A DNA stretch of 57,323 nucleotides from Bacteroidales bacterium. GTDB lineage: Bacteria > Bacteroidota > Bacteroidia > Bacteroidales > VadinHA17. The notes below the pieces were generated by a model. It saw nothing but the letters and a program-made list of their open reading frames with translations, searched no databases and was not told the DNA's origin. Location of the stretch: the NCBI GenBank assembly GCA_034002785.1, contig JAVEZX010000004.1:1-57323 (forward strand), read 5' to 3'. A program made the position numbers and the translations under genes. Of this stretch, positions 37,261-45,240 are shown piece after piece. Each line of letters starts with the position of its first letter. Positions within the stretch are counted from its first letter, which is position 1.

Positions 37261-37680
37261 TCAGAATATTTCGATTGCTGAAAAGAAGAAAGAGGCCTCC
37301 CTGAGGGCATTTTCCGGCGAGTCGGAGCCATGAACGGCATTCATTCTGACATCTGAGCCGAAATCAGCCCTGACAGTTCCGGGAGCAGCTTTGGCCGGGT
37401 CAGTGCTCCCTATCAGGCTGCGGAACTCCTCTACGGCGTTCGGATGGCTGAGCACAGTCACAATCACCGGACCTGATGACATGAATTCAACTAGTCCTTC
37501 GTAGAAAGGCCTGCCCCGGTGAACTTCGTAAAAGCCTTCCGCCTGGCCGCGGGTCATATGCAGCATCTTCAGTGCTGCTATCCGGAATCCGGCTTCGCTG
37601 ATCCTCGCAAGGATTCTTCCTGTATTGCCCGTTCCTACTGCATCGGGCTTGATGATGGAAAAAGTAATTTCTTCACTCAT
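37261..37680 (-). CDS. ndk: nucleoside-diphosphate kinase
   Basis: 139 aa with FSIIKPDAV and the active-site NAVHGSDS. Confidence 0.97.
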   Translation of the reverse strand: MSEEITFSIIKPDAVGTGNTGRILARISEAGFRIAALKMLHMTRGQAEGFYEVHRGRPFYEGLVEFMSSGPVIVTVLSHPNAVEEFRSLIGSTDPAKAAPGTVRADFGSDVRMNAVHGSDSPENALREASFFFSAIEIF

Positions 37681-37734
37681 AACTGCATGAGAATGGGGTT
37701 AATTCAACTCTTTTTCAAAAACTTATTATTTTCT

Positions 37735-37742
37735 TATCTTTG
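37735..37742 (+). promoter_or_regulatory. -7 promoter box TATCTTTG
   Basis: Exact TAnnTTTG match 23 nt upstream of GTG 37765. Confidence 0.45.
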
Positions 37743-37764
37743 TCGCCTTAAAAAGCCTTAAACA

Positions 37765-38805
37765 GTGCCAGAGTTCGGTAAATATACAAAAGAATTAAAG
37801 AAGCTGATTGATGAGTCAGATCATATTCTGCTTATCTGCCATATCAATCCCGACGGCGATGCAATAGGCGCCATGCTGGCAATGAGAAGGTGGATTATCT
37901 CCCAGGGCAAGAACCCCCGGATGATCTCGCCAAATGCACTCCAGCAGTTCCTTGTCTGGATGCAGGATGTAGACCAGGTAGTGGACTTCCATCATAATAT
38001 CGCTGAAGGGTCGAAGCTCATAAATGACGCTGACCTGATAATAATGGTTGATTTCAATACAACCTCCAGGATGGGCAAGGCCGAGCAACTGGTTGTCAGC
38101 TCGGGGGCAAGGAAGGTGATGATAGACCACCATCCCGATCCGGGGCAATTCGCTGACCTCATCATCTCGGACGTGAGCCGCAGTTCAACATCAGAACTTG
38201 TTTATTTCCTGGTAAACGGTATGGAAGGTTCGGAATTCAGTGACCCTGACTTTATAACTGCCGTCTATGTCGGGATCATAACGGATACGGGCAACTTCGA
38301 GCACGGCTATTATACCGGTGACACGATGCGTACGGTAGGCCACCTGCTTGATATGGGAGTTGACAAGGAGCGGATCCATGATCATATCTTCAGCAACTTC
38401 TCACCTGACAGGATAAGGCTCAAGGGCTTTGCACTCCATAGCCGGATGATTGTTCATCCTGAACTGCATACGGCATATGTCTGGCTGACGAGGGAAGATC
38501 TCGACAGGTTTCACCACGTAAAAGGTGATACTGAAGGATTTGCAAACGTGCTGCTGACAATGAAGGGCATCGTACTGTCAGTCCTCTTCATCGAGCGGAC
38601 GGGCTTCGTTAAGATGTCTCTCCGCTCAAAGGGCAGCTTCAATGCCAACGAACTTTCCCGCAAATGCTTCAACGGCGGAGGTCACCGCAATGCAGCAGGA
38701 GGGGAGATGAAGGGAACCATTCACGAGGTGGTCAACCACTTCGAGAATACCCTTCCGGCGTTCCGTAAGGAACTGGAAGTGGCCGCAGAGGAGATGCAGA
38801 GATGA
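37765..38805 (+). CDS. DHH/DHHA1 phosphoesterase (NrnA-like oligoribonuclease/pAp phosphatase)
   Basis: Motifs HINPDGDAIG, DHH-type MIDHHP, ITDTGNF and C-terminal GGGHRNAAGG. Confidence 0.85.
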   Translation: MPEFGKYTKELKKLIDESDHILLICHINPDGDAIGAMLAMRRWIISQGKNPRMISPNALQQFLVWMQDVDQVVDFHHNIAEGSKLINDADLIIMVDFNTTSRMGKAEQLVVSSGARKVMIDHHPDPGQFADLIISDVSRSSTSELVYFLVNGMEGSEFSDPDFITAVYVGIITDTGNFEHGYYTGDTMRTVGHLLDMGVDKERIHDHIFSNFSPDRIRLKGFALHSRMIVHPELHTAYVWLTREDLDRFHHVKGDTEGFANVLLTMKGIVLSVLFIERTGFVKMSLRSKGSFNANELSRKCFNGGGHRNAAGGEMKGTIHEVVNHFENTLPAFRKELEVAAEEMQR

Positions 38806-39302
38806 GAACGGCATTGCTGATATTGATTATGGTCCTGGCATCTGGATGCCAGAACAAGCCGGATACCAGAAGTACCGCAGCACCGCGGACGGAGGACGAA
38901 CTCATTCAGATTAACCGCTCCATGATAACCCGGGACCGTGAACAGATCACCGGATACCTGAAAAAAACAAACAGACAGTTCAGTGAGACCAACACCGGAC
39001 TCTGGTACAGCATACTTGATAATGGCACCGGCCCTGTAGTAAAAACCGGCGACAATGTAAGCTACGACTTTGAATGCACCTTGCTCAGCGGTGAACCGTG
39101 CTACAGCGGTACCCAGACAATCAGGGTGGGCTATACCGATGCTGGCAGCGGAGTCACCGAAGGACTGCAAATGATGCAGGAGGGAAGCGATTACCTCTTC
39201 ATCGTGCCGCCTTACCTTGCCTTTGGCCTGACAGGCGACGGCGGTAAGATTCCCGGCAGGGCAATACTGATTTACAGGATAAGAATTAAAGATATAATCT
39301 AG
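38802..39302 (+). CDS. FKBP-type peptidyl-prolyl isomerase, lipoprotein
   Basis: Lipobox LASGC and an FKBP C-terminal fold pattern (..YLFIVPPYLAFG..GKIPGRAILIY). An ATGA overlap joins it to the upstream gene. Confidence 0.8.
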   Translation: MRTALLILIMVLASGCQNKPDTRSTAAPRTEDELIQINRSMITRDREQITGYLKKTNRQFSETNTGLWYSILDNGTGPVVKTGDNVSYDFECTLLSGEPCYSGTQTIRVGYTDAGSGVTEGLQMMQEGSDYLFIVPPYLAFGLTGDGGKIPGRAILIYRIRIKDII

Positions 39303-39344
39303 TTTGGAATGATATTTGAAGGGAAAAGGAGAAATTTACGTACC

Positions 39345-39857
39345 ATGAACATGAAAGTCCGCGCTGCAGCACTTGTATTTATTACAGTTGTTATTGTTGC
39401 CTGCAATCCTGCAAAAAAGTATGAGGAAGAAGAAAAAAGTCTTATTCAGGACTATGTCTTGAAGAATGGCATCACAGTCAGTGCCGATGCCAACGGTATC
39501 TATATCACTGAAGTCTATCCGGGTACAGGAGATTTAATACAGGAGGGAGACTCAGTGGGTGTCTGGTATACCGGCACTTTCCTGAGCGGAAAACAGTTCG
39601 ACAGCAACACGGAAGCCACAACACCTTACCGTTTCAGGGTGGGTACTCCATACCTGATAGAGGGCTGGTCACTGGCGCTGGTGAAAATGAAACTTGGCTC
39701 AAAGACTGAGGTACTGCTGCCATCAAAGGTGGCTTACGGTTCCATGGGTTTCGGAACATATGACCAGTACGGTTATTATTATACATTGATTCCGGGATAC
39801 ACCCCCCTGCTCTTTGAAATGGAGGTAGTGGAATTAACCCGGAAAACCAAAAAGTAA
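39345..39857 (+). CDS. FKBP-type peptidyl-prolyl isomerase
   Basis: Signal/anchor then VWYTGTFLSGKQFDS...GWSLALVKMKLGSK..LPSKVAYG. Confidence 0.8.
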   Translation: MNMKVRAAALVFITVVIVACNPAKKYEEEEKSLIQDYVLKNGITVSADANGIYITEVYPGTGDLIQEGDSVGVWYTGTFLSGKQFDSNTEATTPYRFRVGTPYLIEGWSLALVKMKLGSKTEVLLPSKVAYGSMGFGTYDQYGYYYTLIPGYTPLLFEMEVVELTRKTKK

Positions 39858-39861
39858 ATGA

Positions 39862-39890
39862 GAATGCGCCGGCTGACGGCGCATTTTTCA
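39862..39890 (+). terminator. intrinsic terminator after the FKBP pair
   Basis: ATGCGCCG-GCTGA-CGGCGCAT hairpin then TTTTT. A second GC hairpin (39917-39937) with a T-run follows. Confidence 0.7.
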
Positions 39891-39939
39891 TATCAGAATC
39901 ACAAAGCAGATCCTGGTGCGCCGGCAGCCGGCACATTTT

Positions 39940-42900
39940 CTATTTCAGTATCACTTCGTCCCCCTTCAGGATTACCTCCGTCAGCTTTGTCCTGTATCTT
40001 GCCCAGCTGCCATCAAGGAAGTCTCCGGTCATCCTCGCGGCTTCAGCAAGCGCAGCCTCAGCATCAGCAATTCCCTTCTCCTCCTGCTCCGTCAGTGATC
40101 CTGAAGCTGTCAGAAGCGACCTGTATCCGCCGATGCGCCCAGACAACCCATCCTGACGTCTTCCGAAGGCTTCGTCAAGCTTTGCAAGCTCCTCTTTAAC
40201 AGCTTGGTACTCCCCGGAGACTGCTGCTGCGAAGTCCGGGTTCCCGACGAGAAGCTTCTCAGTCTTCGCAAGGCTTTCGCGGACATCAACAAGGTTCTTG
40301 AGTTTTGCATTGAGCGATTCAATCCCGGTCCCGAAAGTCACAGCTCTTTCATAGTTCTTTCGCAGGGCATCAATGTCCGGGGCAGCCATCCTCGGGTCCG
40401 GATTAACCTTTATTTCTGACGTTGAGCTGGCACTGCCGAGGGAGAGACTGACAGTGTATGTTCCGGGGAAAACCGTACCGCCGAATCCCCTGAAAAATCT
40501 TGCGCGGGGGTCCTGCTGCTGATCCTGCCCGGAGGGGTATGTCAGTTGCGGCAACGGATTGCGGTCGAGACGCCACGAGAACCGGTTGAAGCCCTTCACT
40601 GCATTTATCTGCTGTGATTTTACAACGTTGCCTGATTCGTCCTTTATCTCAACTGAAACCTTGCCTGAATCAGCACTGGTGAAGAAGGTGATCATTCCCC
40701 CTGGTTCCCTGTTCTGTCCGCGGTACATCGCATCACCGTAGAAGTAGTAACCGGGCAGGTTCCTGGTTGAAGCAAGGTATGCCTCCGGTGCGTCGAACGC
40801 CGTAAGCTCAGTGCCAAGCAGCTTCCTGCCTGATGAGGCTAGTGCCCGCAGAGGCCTGATATCATCAAGAACCCACAGGGCACGCCCGAAGGTGGCAATG
40901 ACGAGATCGCTCTCCCGTGGCTGTATCGTCATGTCATATGTCGATACCGTCGGGTAGCCGCTGCTCCACCTGTTCCAGTTGTCTCCGCCGTCAAAGGTGA
41001 TATAGAGACCATATTCCGTGCCAGCAAACATCAGGTTAGGTTCTTTCGGGTCCTGAACGAAGCAGAGCAGATAACCCCAAACATCAGTATCGTCAATGAT
41101 GCGCTGCCAGTTTCGGCCGTAGTCTTTCGTCCTGTAGAGATATGCCGCATTGTCGCCCTGGCGGTAGTCATTGACCACAGCAAAGGCTTCACCGGGTTGA
41201 TGAGCCGAGGCAGTCACCTGGGGAACCCATCCGTTGCGTGGCATACCCTTGATGTTCTGAGAGGTGTTCTTCCAGCTAACGCCACCGTCCGTGGTGACCT
41301 GTATCATGCCGTCATCGGTGCCTGCCCAGATGACTCCTTTCTCTACCGGGCTGGGGGAGATTGTGATGACAGTACAGTGGTTCTCCGCACCGGTGGCCTC
41401 TTTGGTGATCCCTCCGCTCTGGTCCTGCTTCTGCTTCTCAGGGTCATTGGTTGTGAGGTCAGGAGAGATCCTGGTCCATGAGTCACCCCTGTCGCTGCTC
41501 TTATGCACATACTGGCTGCCGAAGTAGATTGTATTGTTGTCAAACGGGTCCTGTGCCAGTGCGGCATTCCAGTTGAAACGGAGCCTCTCGCCGGTTTCGG
41601 GCGCAGGCCTGATGCTCTTGTTCCAGCCTGTAAGCACATCGAACCTGCGGAGTGATCCGCCCTGCGACTGGGCGTAGCAATATCGGCTGTCTCCCGGTAC
41701 CGGCATGGCATCAAAACCGTCGCCGCCCATCAGGAATTCAAACATCTCGTTGATCAGTGGCCCGTTGTGCCAGGAATAGGCAGGTCCGCGCCATGAGCCG
41801 TTGTCCTGCAGCCCGCCGTAGATGTTGTATGGGATATCGTTGTCAACGTTGATATGGTAGAACTGACCTGCCGGCAGGTTCTCAATGTGACGCCAGGTGG
41901 TGCCACGATCATAGGTGATGCCCATGCCTCCGTCATTGCCGTCCAGCATCCTGTCAGGGTTGATCGGATCAATATACCATGCATGATGGTCGAGGTGCAC
42001 CGATTCAGCTGTGCGCCCGTCAAAGGTGAGGGCACCGTCTTCGCTCACGTTGACTCCTGAGTAGAGCGTGTAGACCCTGTTTTCGTTCTGCGGATCAACA
42101 TATATCTCAGCATAATAGAAAGGCCTGTTGCCAATGTTCCGCTCTCCGCGCTTCTCCCAGTTTGTTCCGCCGTCAGTGGAGCGGTAGATGGCAGTAGGCT
42201 CTGACTCTACATATGCATATACATAATCAGGATTTGACCGGGCGATGGCCAGCCCGATACGGCCCACCTTTCCGGGCAGTCCTCCCTGAACGCGACTGAA
42301 GGTATCTCCGCCGTCGCGGGTCACCCACAGTCCGGATCCGGCAGAGGAGGAGCTGAAGGACCATGGCCAGCGCCGGTGATCCCACATCGCCACGAATATC
42401 TTGCCGGGATTCGAGGGATCCATCACCATGTCTGCCACGCCCGATGTTTCATTGGTAAACAGCATTCTCTGCCATGTGAGACCTCCGTCCCTGGTACGGT
42501 AAAATCCCCTCTCCGTATGCGGTGCCCACGGATTTCCGATGGCGCCAACATAGACAATGTCAGGATTAACGGGGTCAACTATGATGCGGTGTATATATCT
42601 TGTCAGCTCCAGCCCCATGCACTTCCAGGTCTGCCCACCGTCCATGCTCTTATAGATGCCATAACCTCCCGTGACACTGTTTCTCGGGTTACCCTCACCG
42701 GTGCCGGCCCATATAATGTCCGGCCTCAGCGGGTCGATTGCAAGTGCACCTATCGAAGCTACTGCCTCATTGTCAAAAATGGGGGTGAAGGTCGTGCCGG
42801 CATTGACGCTCTTCCATAACCCGCCGGAGGCTGTGCCGACGAAAAACAGATTCTCATTGCGCGGGTCAACGGCAAAGGCTGTCACCCTGCCGCTCATACC

Positions 42901-43026
42901 TCCGGGTCCTATGTTTCTGGGTTTGATACCGCTGAACAGGGACATGTCGGTTTTCTGACCCGCCAAGGTTGCGGAAATGATTATCAGTAAGGCTGAAAGG
43001 AGTGTTCTTCTGGTCATCTCGGTCAC
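39940..43026 (-). CDS. secreted BNR/Sortilin-Vps10-type repeat protein (double beta-propeller)
   Basis: Signal peptide and many SxDxGxTW motifs (SMDGGQTW, TRDGGLTW, STDGGTNW, SSDRGDSW, TTDGGVSW, TFDGGDNW). Confidence 0.8.
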   Translation of the reverse strand: MTEMTRRTLLSALLIIISATLAGQKTDMSLFSGIKPRNIGPGGMSGRVTAFAVDPRNENLFFVGTASGGLWKSVNAGTTFTPIFDNEAVASIGALAIDPLRPDIIWAGTGEGNPRNSVTGGYGIYKSMDGGQTWKCMGLELTRYIHRIIVDPVNPDIVYVGAIGNPWAPHTERGFYRTRDGGLTWQRMLFTNETSGVADMVMDPSNPGKIFVAMWDHRRWPWSFSSSSAGSGLWVTRDGGDTFSRVQGGLPGKVGRIGLAIARSNPDYVYAYVESEPTAIYRSTDGGTNWEKRGERNIGNRPFYYAEIYVDPQNENRVYTLYSGVNVSEDGALTFDGRTAESVHLDHHAWYIDPINPDRMLDGNDGGMGITYDRGTTWRHIENLPAGQFYHINVDNDIPYNIYGGLQDNGSWRGPAYSWHNGPLINEMFEFLMGGDGFDAMPVPGDSRYCYAQSQGGSLRRFDVLTGWNKSIRPAPETGERLRFNWNAALAQDPFDNNTIYFGSQYVHKSSDRGDSWTRISPDLTTNDPEKQKQDQSGGITKEATGAENHCTVITISPSPVEKGVIWAGTDDGMIQVTTDGGVSWKNTSQNIKGMPRNGWVPQVTASAHQPGEAFAVVNDYRQGDNAAYLYRTKDYGRNWQRIIDDTDVWGYLLCFVQDPKEPNLMFAGTEYGLYITFDGGDNWNRWSSGYPTVSTYDMTIQPRESDLVIATFGRALWVLDDIRPLRALASSGRKLLGTELTAFDAPEAYLASTRNLPGYYFYGDAMYRGQNREPGGMITFFTSADSGKVSVEIKDESGNVVKSQQINAVKGFNRFSWRLDRNPLPQLTYPSGQDQQQDPRARFFRGFGGTVFPGTYTVSLSLGSASSTSEIKVNPDPRMAAPDIDALRKNYERAVTFGTGIESLNAKLKNLVDVRESLAKTEKLLVGNPDFAAAVSGEYQAVKEELAKLDEAFGRRQDGLSGRIGGYRSLLTASGSLTEQEEKGIADAEAALAEAARMTGDFLDGSWARYRTKLTEVILKGDEVILK

Positions 43027-43140
43027 TTTTTTACGGACACAATTTAACCAATAAAATCGCTTGCTGTTTATTAATGGAATGTGTTGTGCAATAGAGACAG
43101 GGTCCGGGGGGGGCGCGGGCGGGGGACCTCCCTTCTACAA

Positions 43141-43280
43141 TGCCTGATGGCCTACAGCCATCTGCCATGCGTTGCCAACACTACTGCCTTCCCGATCCGC
43201 CAACTGGCGGATGCGGGATTGAGCCTCCTCCTGCGTCTGAGGCTCAAATTGGCTATTGCCTACTGCCTATTGCCTGAATT
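43141..43280. repeat. composite repeat: degenerate period-7 tract (TGCCTGA TGGCCTA CAGCCAT CTGCCAT ...), two hairpins, then CTATTGC CTACTGC CTATTGC CTGAATT
   Basis: Read directly. The right tract (43253-43280) uses the same unit and orientation as 23588-23622 and supplies the last codons and stop of the methyltransferase ORF. Hairpins lie at 43195-43212 and 43219-43247. Confidence 0.75.
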
Positions 43281-43969
43281 AAGAACACCGCAGGGCGCTT
43301 ATCCAGCTCCGGTACATGTCTGCGCCAGTCTGACACTGTCATCGTCCTTATCTCCTCATCAGGAAGGGTTATGTCTGCCGCAATGCACAGCCTCGTTGAT
43401 GGCTGACATACCGAAAGAATATCTTCAACCATCTTCGGGTTCCTGTACGGCGTCTCCATGAATATCTGCGTCTGCCCTCCGGCCGACAGCTTTTCCAGGT
43501 CCCTGATAGCCTTCCGGCGCCCCTGCGAATCAACCGGCAGATAGCCGTGAAAGGCAAACGACTGGCCGTTAAGACCTGATGCAACCAGGGCCAGCATCAC
43601 CGAGGAGGGCCCCGTAAGAGGCACAACCTTTATTCCACACCGGTGCGCTTCGGCCGATACAATGTTTCCCGGATCCGCCAGTCCCGGCATCCCGGCTTCA
43701 CTCATAACCCCGGCATCTGCCCCAGCAGCTACCCTCTCAAACAAATCAGCCAGCTCAGCCGGATCAGAGTGCTTCCCGACAGCAATAAAAAGAGTGTCAT
43801 CAACGGGAAAGCTCCTGTCCAGGCCTCTCAGCCAGCGACGGGCCGTCCTAATATCCTCTACGGCAAAAAGCCTCAGTGAACGAGTTATCTCCAGCGTCCT
43901 GCCGGGTATCGACAGCTCGGGCGCGGAATCACCCAGTGTCACAGGTATCATGTATACAGTTCCGCTCAT
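43253..43969 (-). CDS. SAM-dependent methyltransferase of the tetrapyrrole-methylase fold (RsmI-like)
   Basis: N-terminal GTVYMIPVTLGD, then ..SEAGMPGLADPG.., ..GPSSVMLALVASG... ATG 43969 is preferred over TTG 44002. Confidence 0.75.
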   Translation of the reverse strand: MSGTVYMIPVTLGDSAPELSIPGRTLEITRSLRLFAVEDIRTARRWLRGLDRSFPVDDTLFIAVGKHSDPAELADLFERVAAGADAGVMSEAGMPGLADPGNIVSAEAHRCGIKVVPLTGPSSVMLALVASGLNGQSFAFHGYLPVDSQGRRKAIRDLEKLSAGGQTQIFMETPYRNPKMVEDILSVCQPSTRLCIAADITLPDEEIRTMTVSDWRRHVPELDKRPAVFLIQAIGSRQ

Positions 43970-44058
43970 CGGTTGAACTTTAGATGCAGTAAAGATATCC
44001 AATTAGCCAATTGCCGGCTAAAGTGACCGCGGATATTGTTCTTCTCTCATTTTCGGAT

Positions 44059-44066
44059 TATGTTTG
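44059..44066 (+). promoter_or_regulatory. -7 promoter box TATGTTTG
   Basis: Exact TAnnTTTG match 20 nt upstream of GTG 44086. Confidence 0.45.
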
Positions 44067-44085
44067 CAGTGCGAAACTTAAAACG

Positions 44086-44853
44086 GTGAAGATCACTTTT
44101 CTCGGTACCGGAACATCACAGGGAGTGCCTGTAATAGCATGTGAATGTGCTGTCTGTACATCACCTGACCCGAAGGATAAGAGACTCAGAGCCTCTCTTC
44201 TCGTAGAGACGGCACTGAATACCTTCGTTATCGACGCCGGTCCTGATTTCAGGCAGCAGATGCTCAACGCCAGGGTTAAGAAACTGGATGCAATCCTCCT
44301 GACCCACGAACACAAGGACCACATCGCCGGGATGGACGACCTGAGAGCCTTCAACTACAAGAGCCAGGGTGCAATAGACATCTACGCCGAGGAGAGGGTG
44401 CAGGCAGCCGTGAGAAAGGAGTATGCGTACGTCTTCTCCGAAAACCACTACCCCGGAGTGCCGAAAATGGAGCTTCACAATATCGATAACTTCAACTTTG
44501 TCATTAAGGGCGACACCATCACACCTCTCCGCATATTCCACTACCGGTTGCCGATATTTGGCTTCAGGATAGGGGATATGGCCTACATCACTGACGCCAA
44601 CTATATCTCCGAGGAAACGAAGGAGAAACTTTTCGGGGTCAAATACCTGGTAATTAACGCTCTGAGAAAAGAGAAGCATATATCCCACTTCAGCCTTGCC
44701 GAAGCCCTCGACCTTATCCGTGAGGTCTCTCCGCGGAAGGCCTATATCACGCATATCGGCCACCAGATGGGAAGGCACGAGGATGTAAACAGGGATTTGC
44801 CTCAAAATGTGACACTGGCCTGGGATGGCCAGGAAGTCGTCTGCGAGGAATAA
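44086..44853 (+). CDS. MBL-fold metallo-hydrolase (PhnP/GPMB-like)
   Basis: VKITFLGTGTSQGVP and the HxHxDH box LLTHEHKDHIAG. The start is placed at GTG 44086 because of the promoter box. Confidence 0.8.
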   Translation: MKITFLGTGTSQGVPVIACECAVCTSPDPKDKRLRASLLVETALNTFVIDAGPDFRQQMLNARVKKLDAILLTHEHKDHIAGMDDLRAFNYKSQGAIDIYAEERVQAAVRKEYAYVFSENHYPGVPKMELHNIDNFNFVIKGDTITPLRIFHYRLPIFGFRIGDMAYITDANYISEETKEKLFGVKYLVINALRKEKHISHFSLAEALDLIREVSPRKAYITHIGHQMGRHEDVNRDLPQNVTLAWDGQEVVCEE

Positions 44854-44859
44854 TTACGA

Positions 44860-45066
44860 TTACCTCTTTTTGTAACGGTAAAGTTTTTTCTGATATTTTT
44901 TCGAGAAGAAATACTTGTTCCGTCCTAGCTGCGAGGTGTCAATATATGAATTCTTGCGGGCAGTGTTGTAACTCTTCTTTTTGGAGGATGCACAGCCAGG
45001 CATCAGCATTATTGCTGACAGGATCAGTATTATGAGTGTGATGGCCTTGCAGTTAACCTTTTTCAT
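44860..45066 (-). CDS. small basic lipoprotein
   Basis: 68 aa with lipobox LMPGC and a very Lys/Tyr-rich mature part. Only ORF-level support. Confidence 0.45.
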   Translation of the reverse strand: MKKVNCKAITLIILILSAIMLMPGCASSKKKSYNTARKNSYIDTSQLGRNKYFFSKKYQKKLYRYKKR

Positions 45067-45240
45067 CAGATGGACCTGAACCTTTTTCTAAATGCTGATA
45101 TAATACTTAACGGGTGAACACGCTGAAATATTATCTCTAAAATCACTCATTACCTGTATCTTCACTTTTATTTTCAGATACAATGTAATAAATTGCGCTC
45201 CCGATTGTTCGGTGAGCTAATTATATCAGTTTAAACTCCG

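Noticed and set aside
39858-40199. 113-aa + strand ORF after the FKBP genes, and other 60-140-aa ORFs within 39940-43026.
   Set aside because: They overlap the terminators and lie antisense to the BNR-repeat gene, whose repeated SxDxGxTW motifs establish the - strand frame as the coding one.
43081-43461. 126-aa + strand ORF spanning the BNR/methyltransferase intergenic region.
   Set aside because: It runs through the G-run, the hairpins and the heptamer tract, then continues antisense into the methyltransferase gene. Its translation is low-complexity and it has no promoter box. It is most likely spurious.
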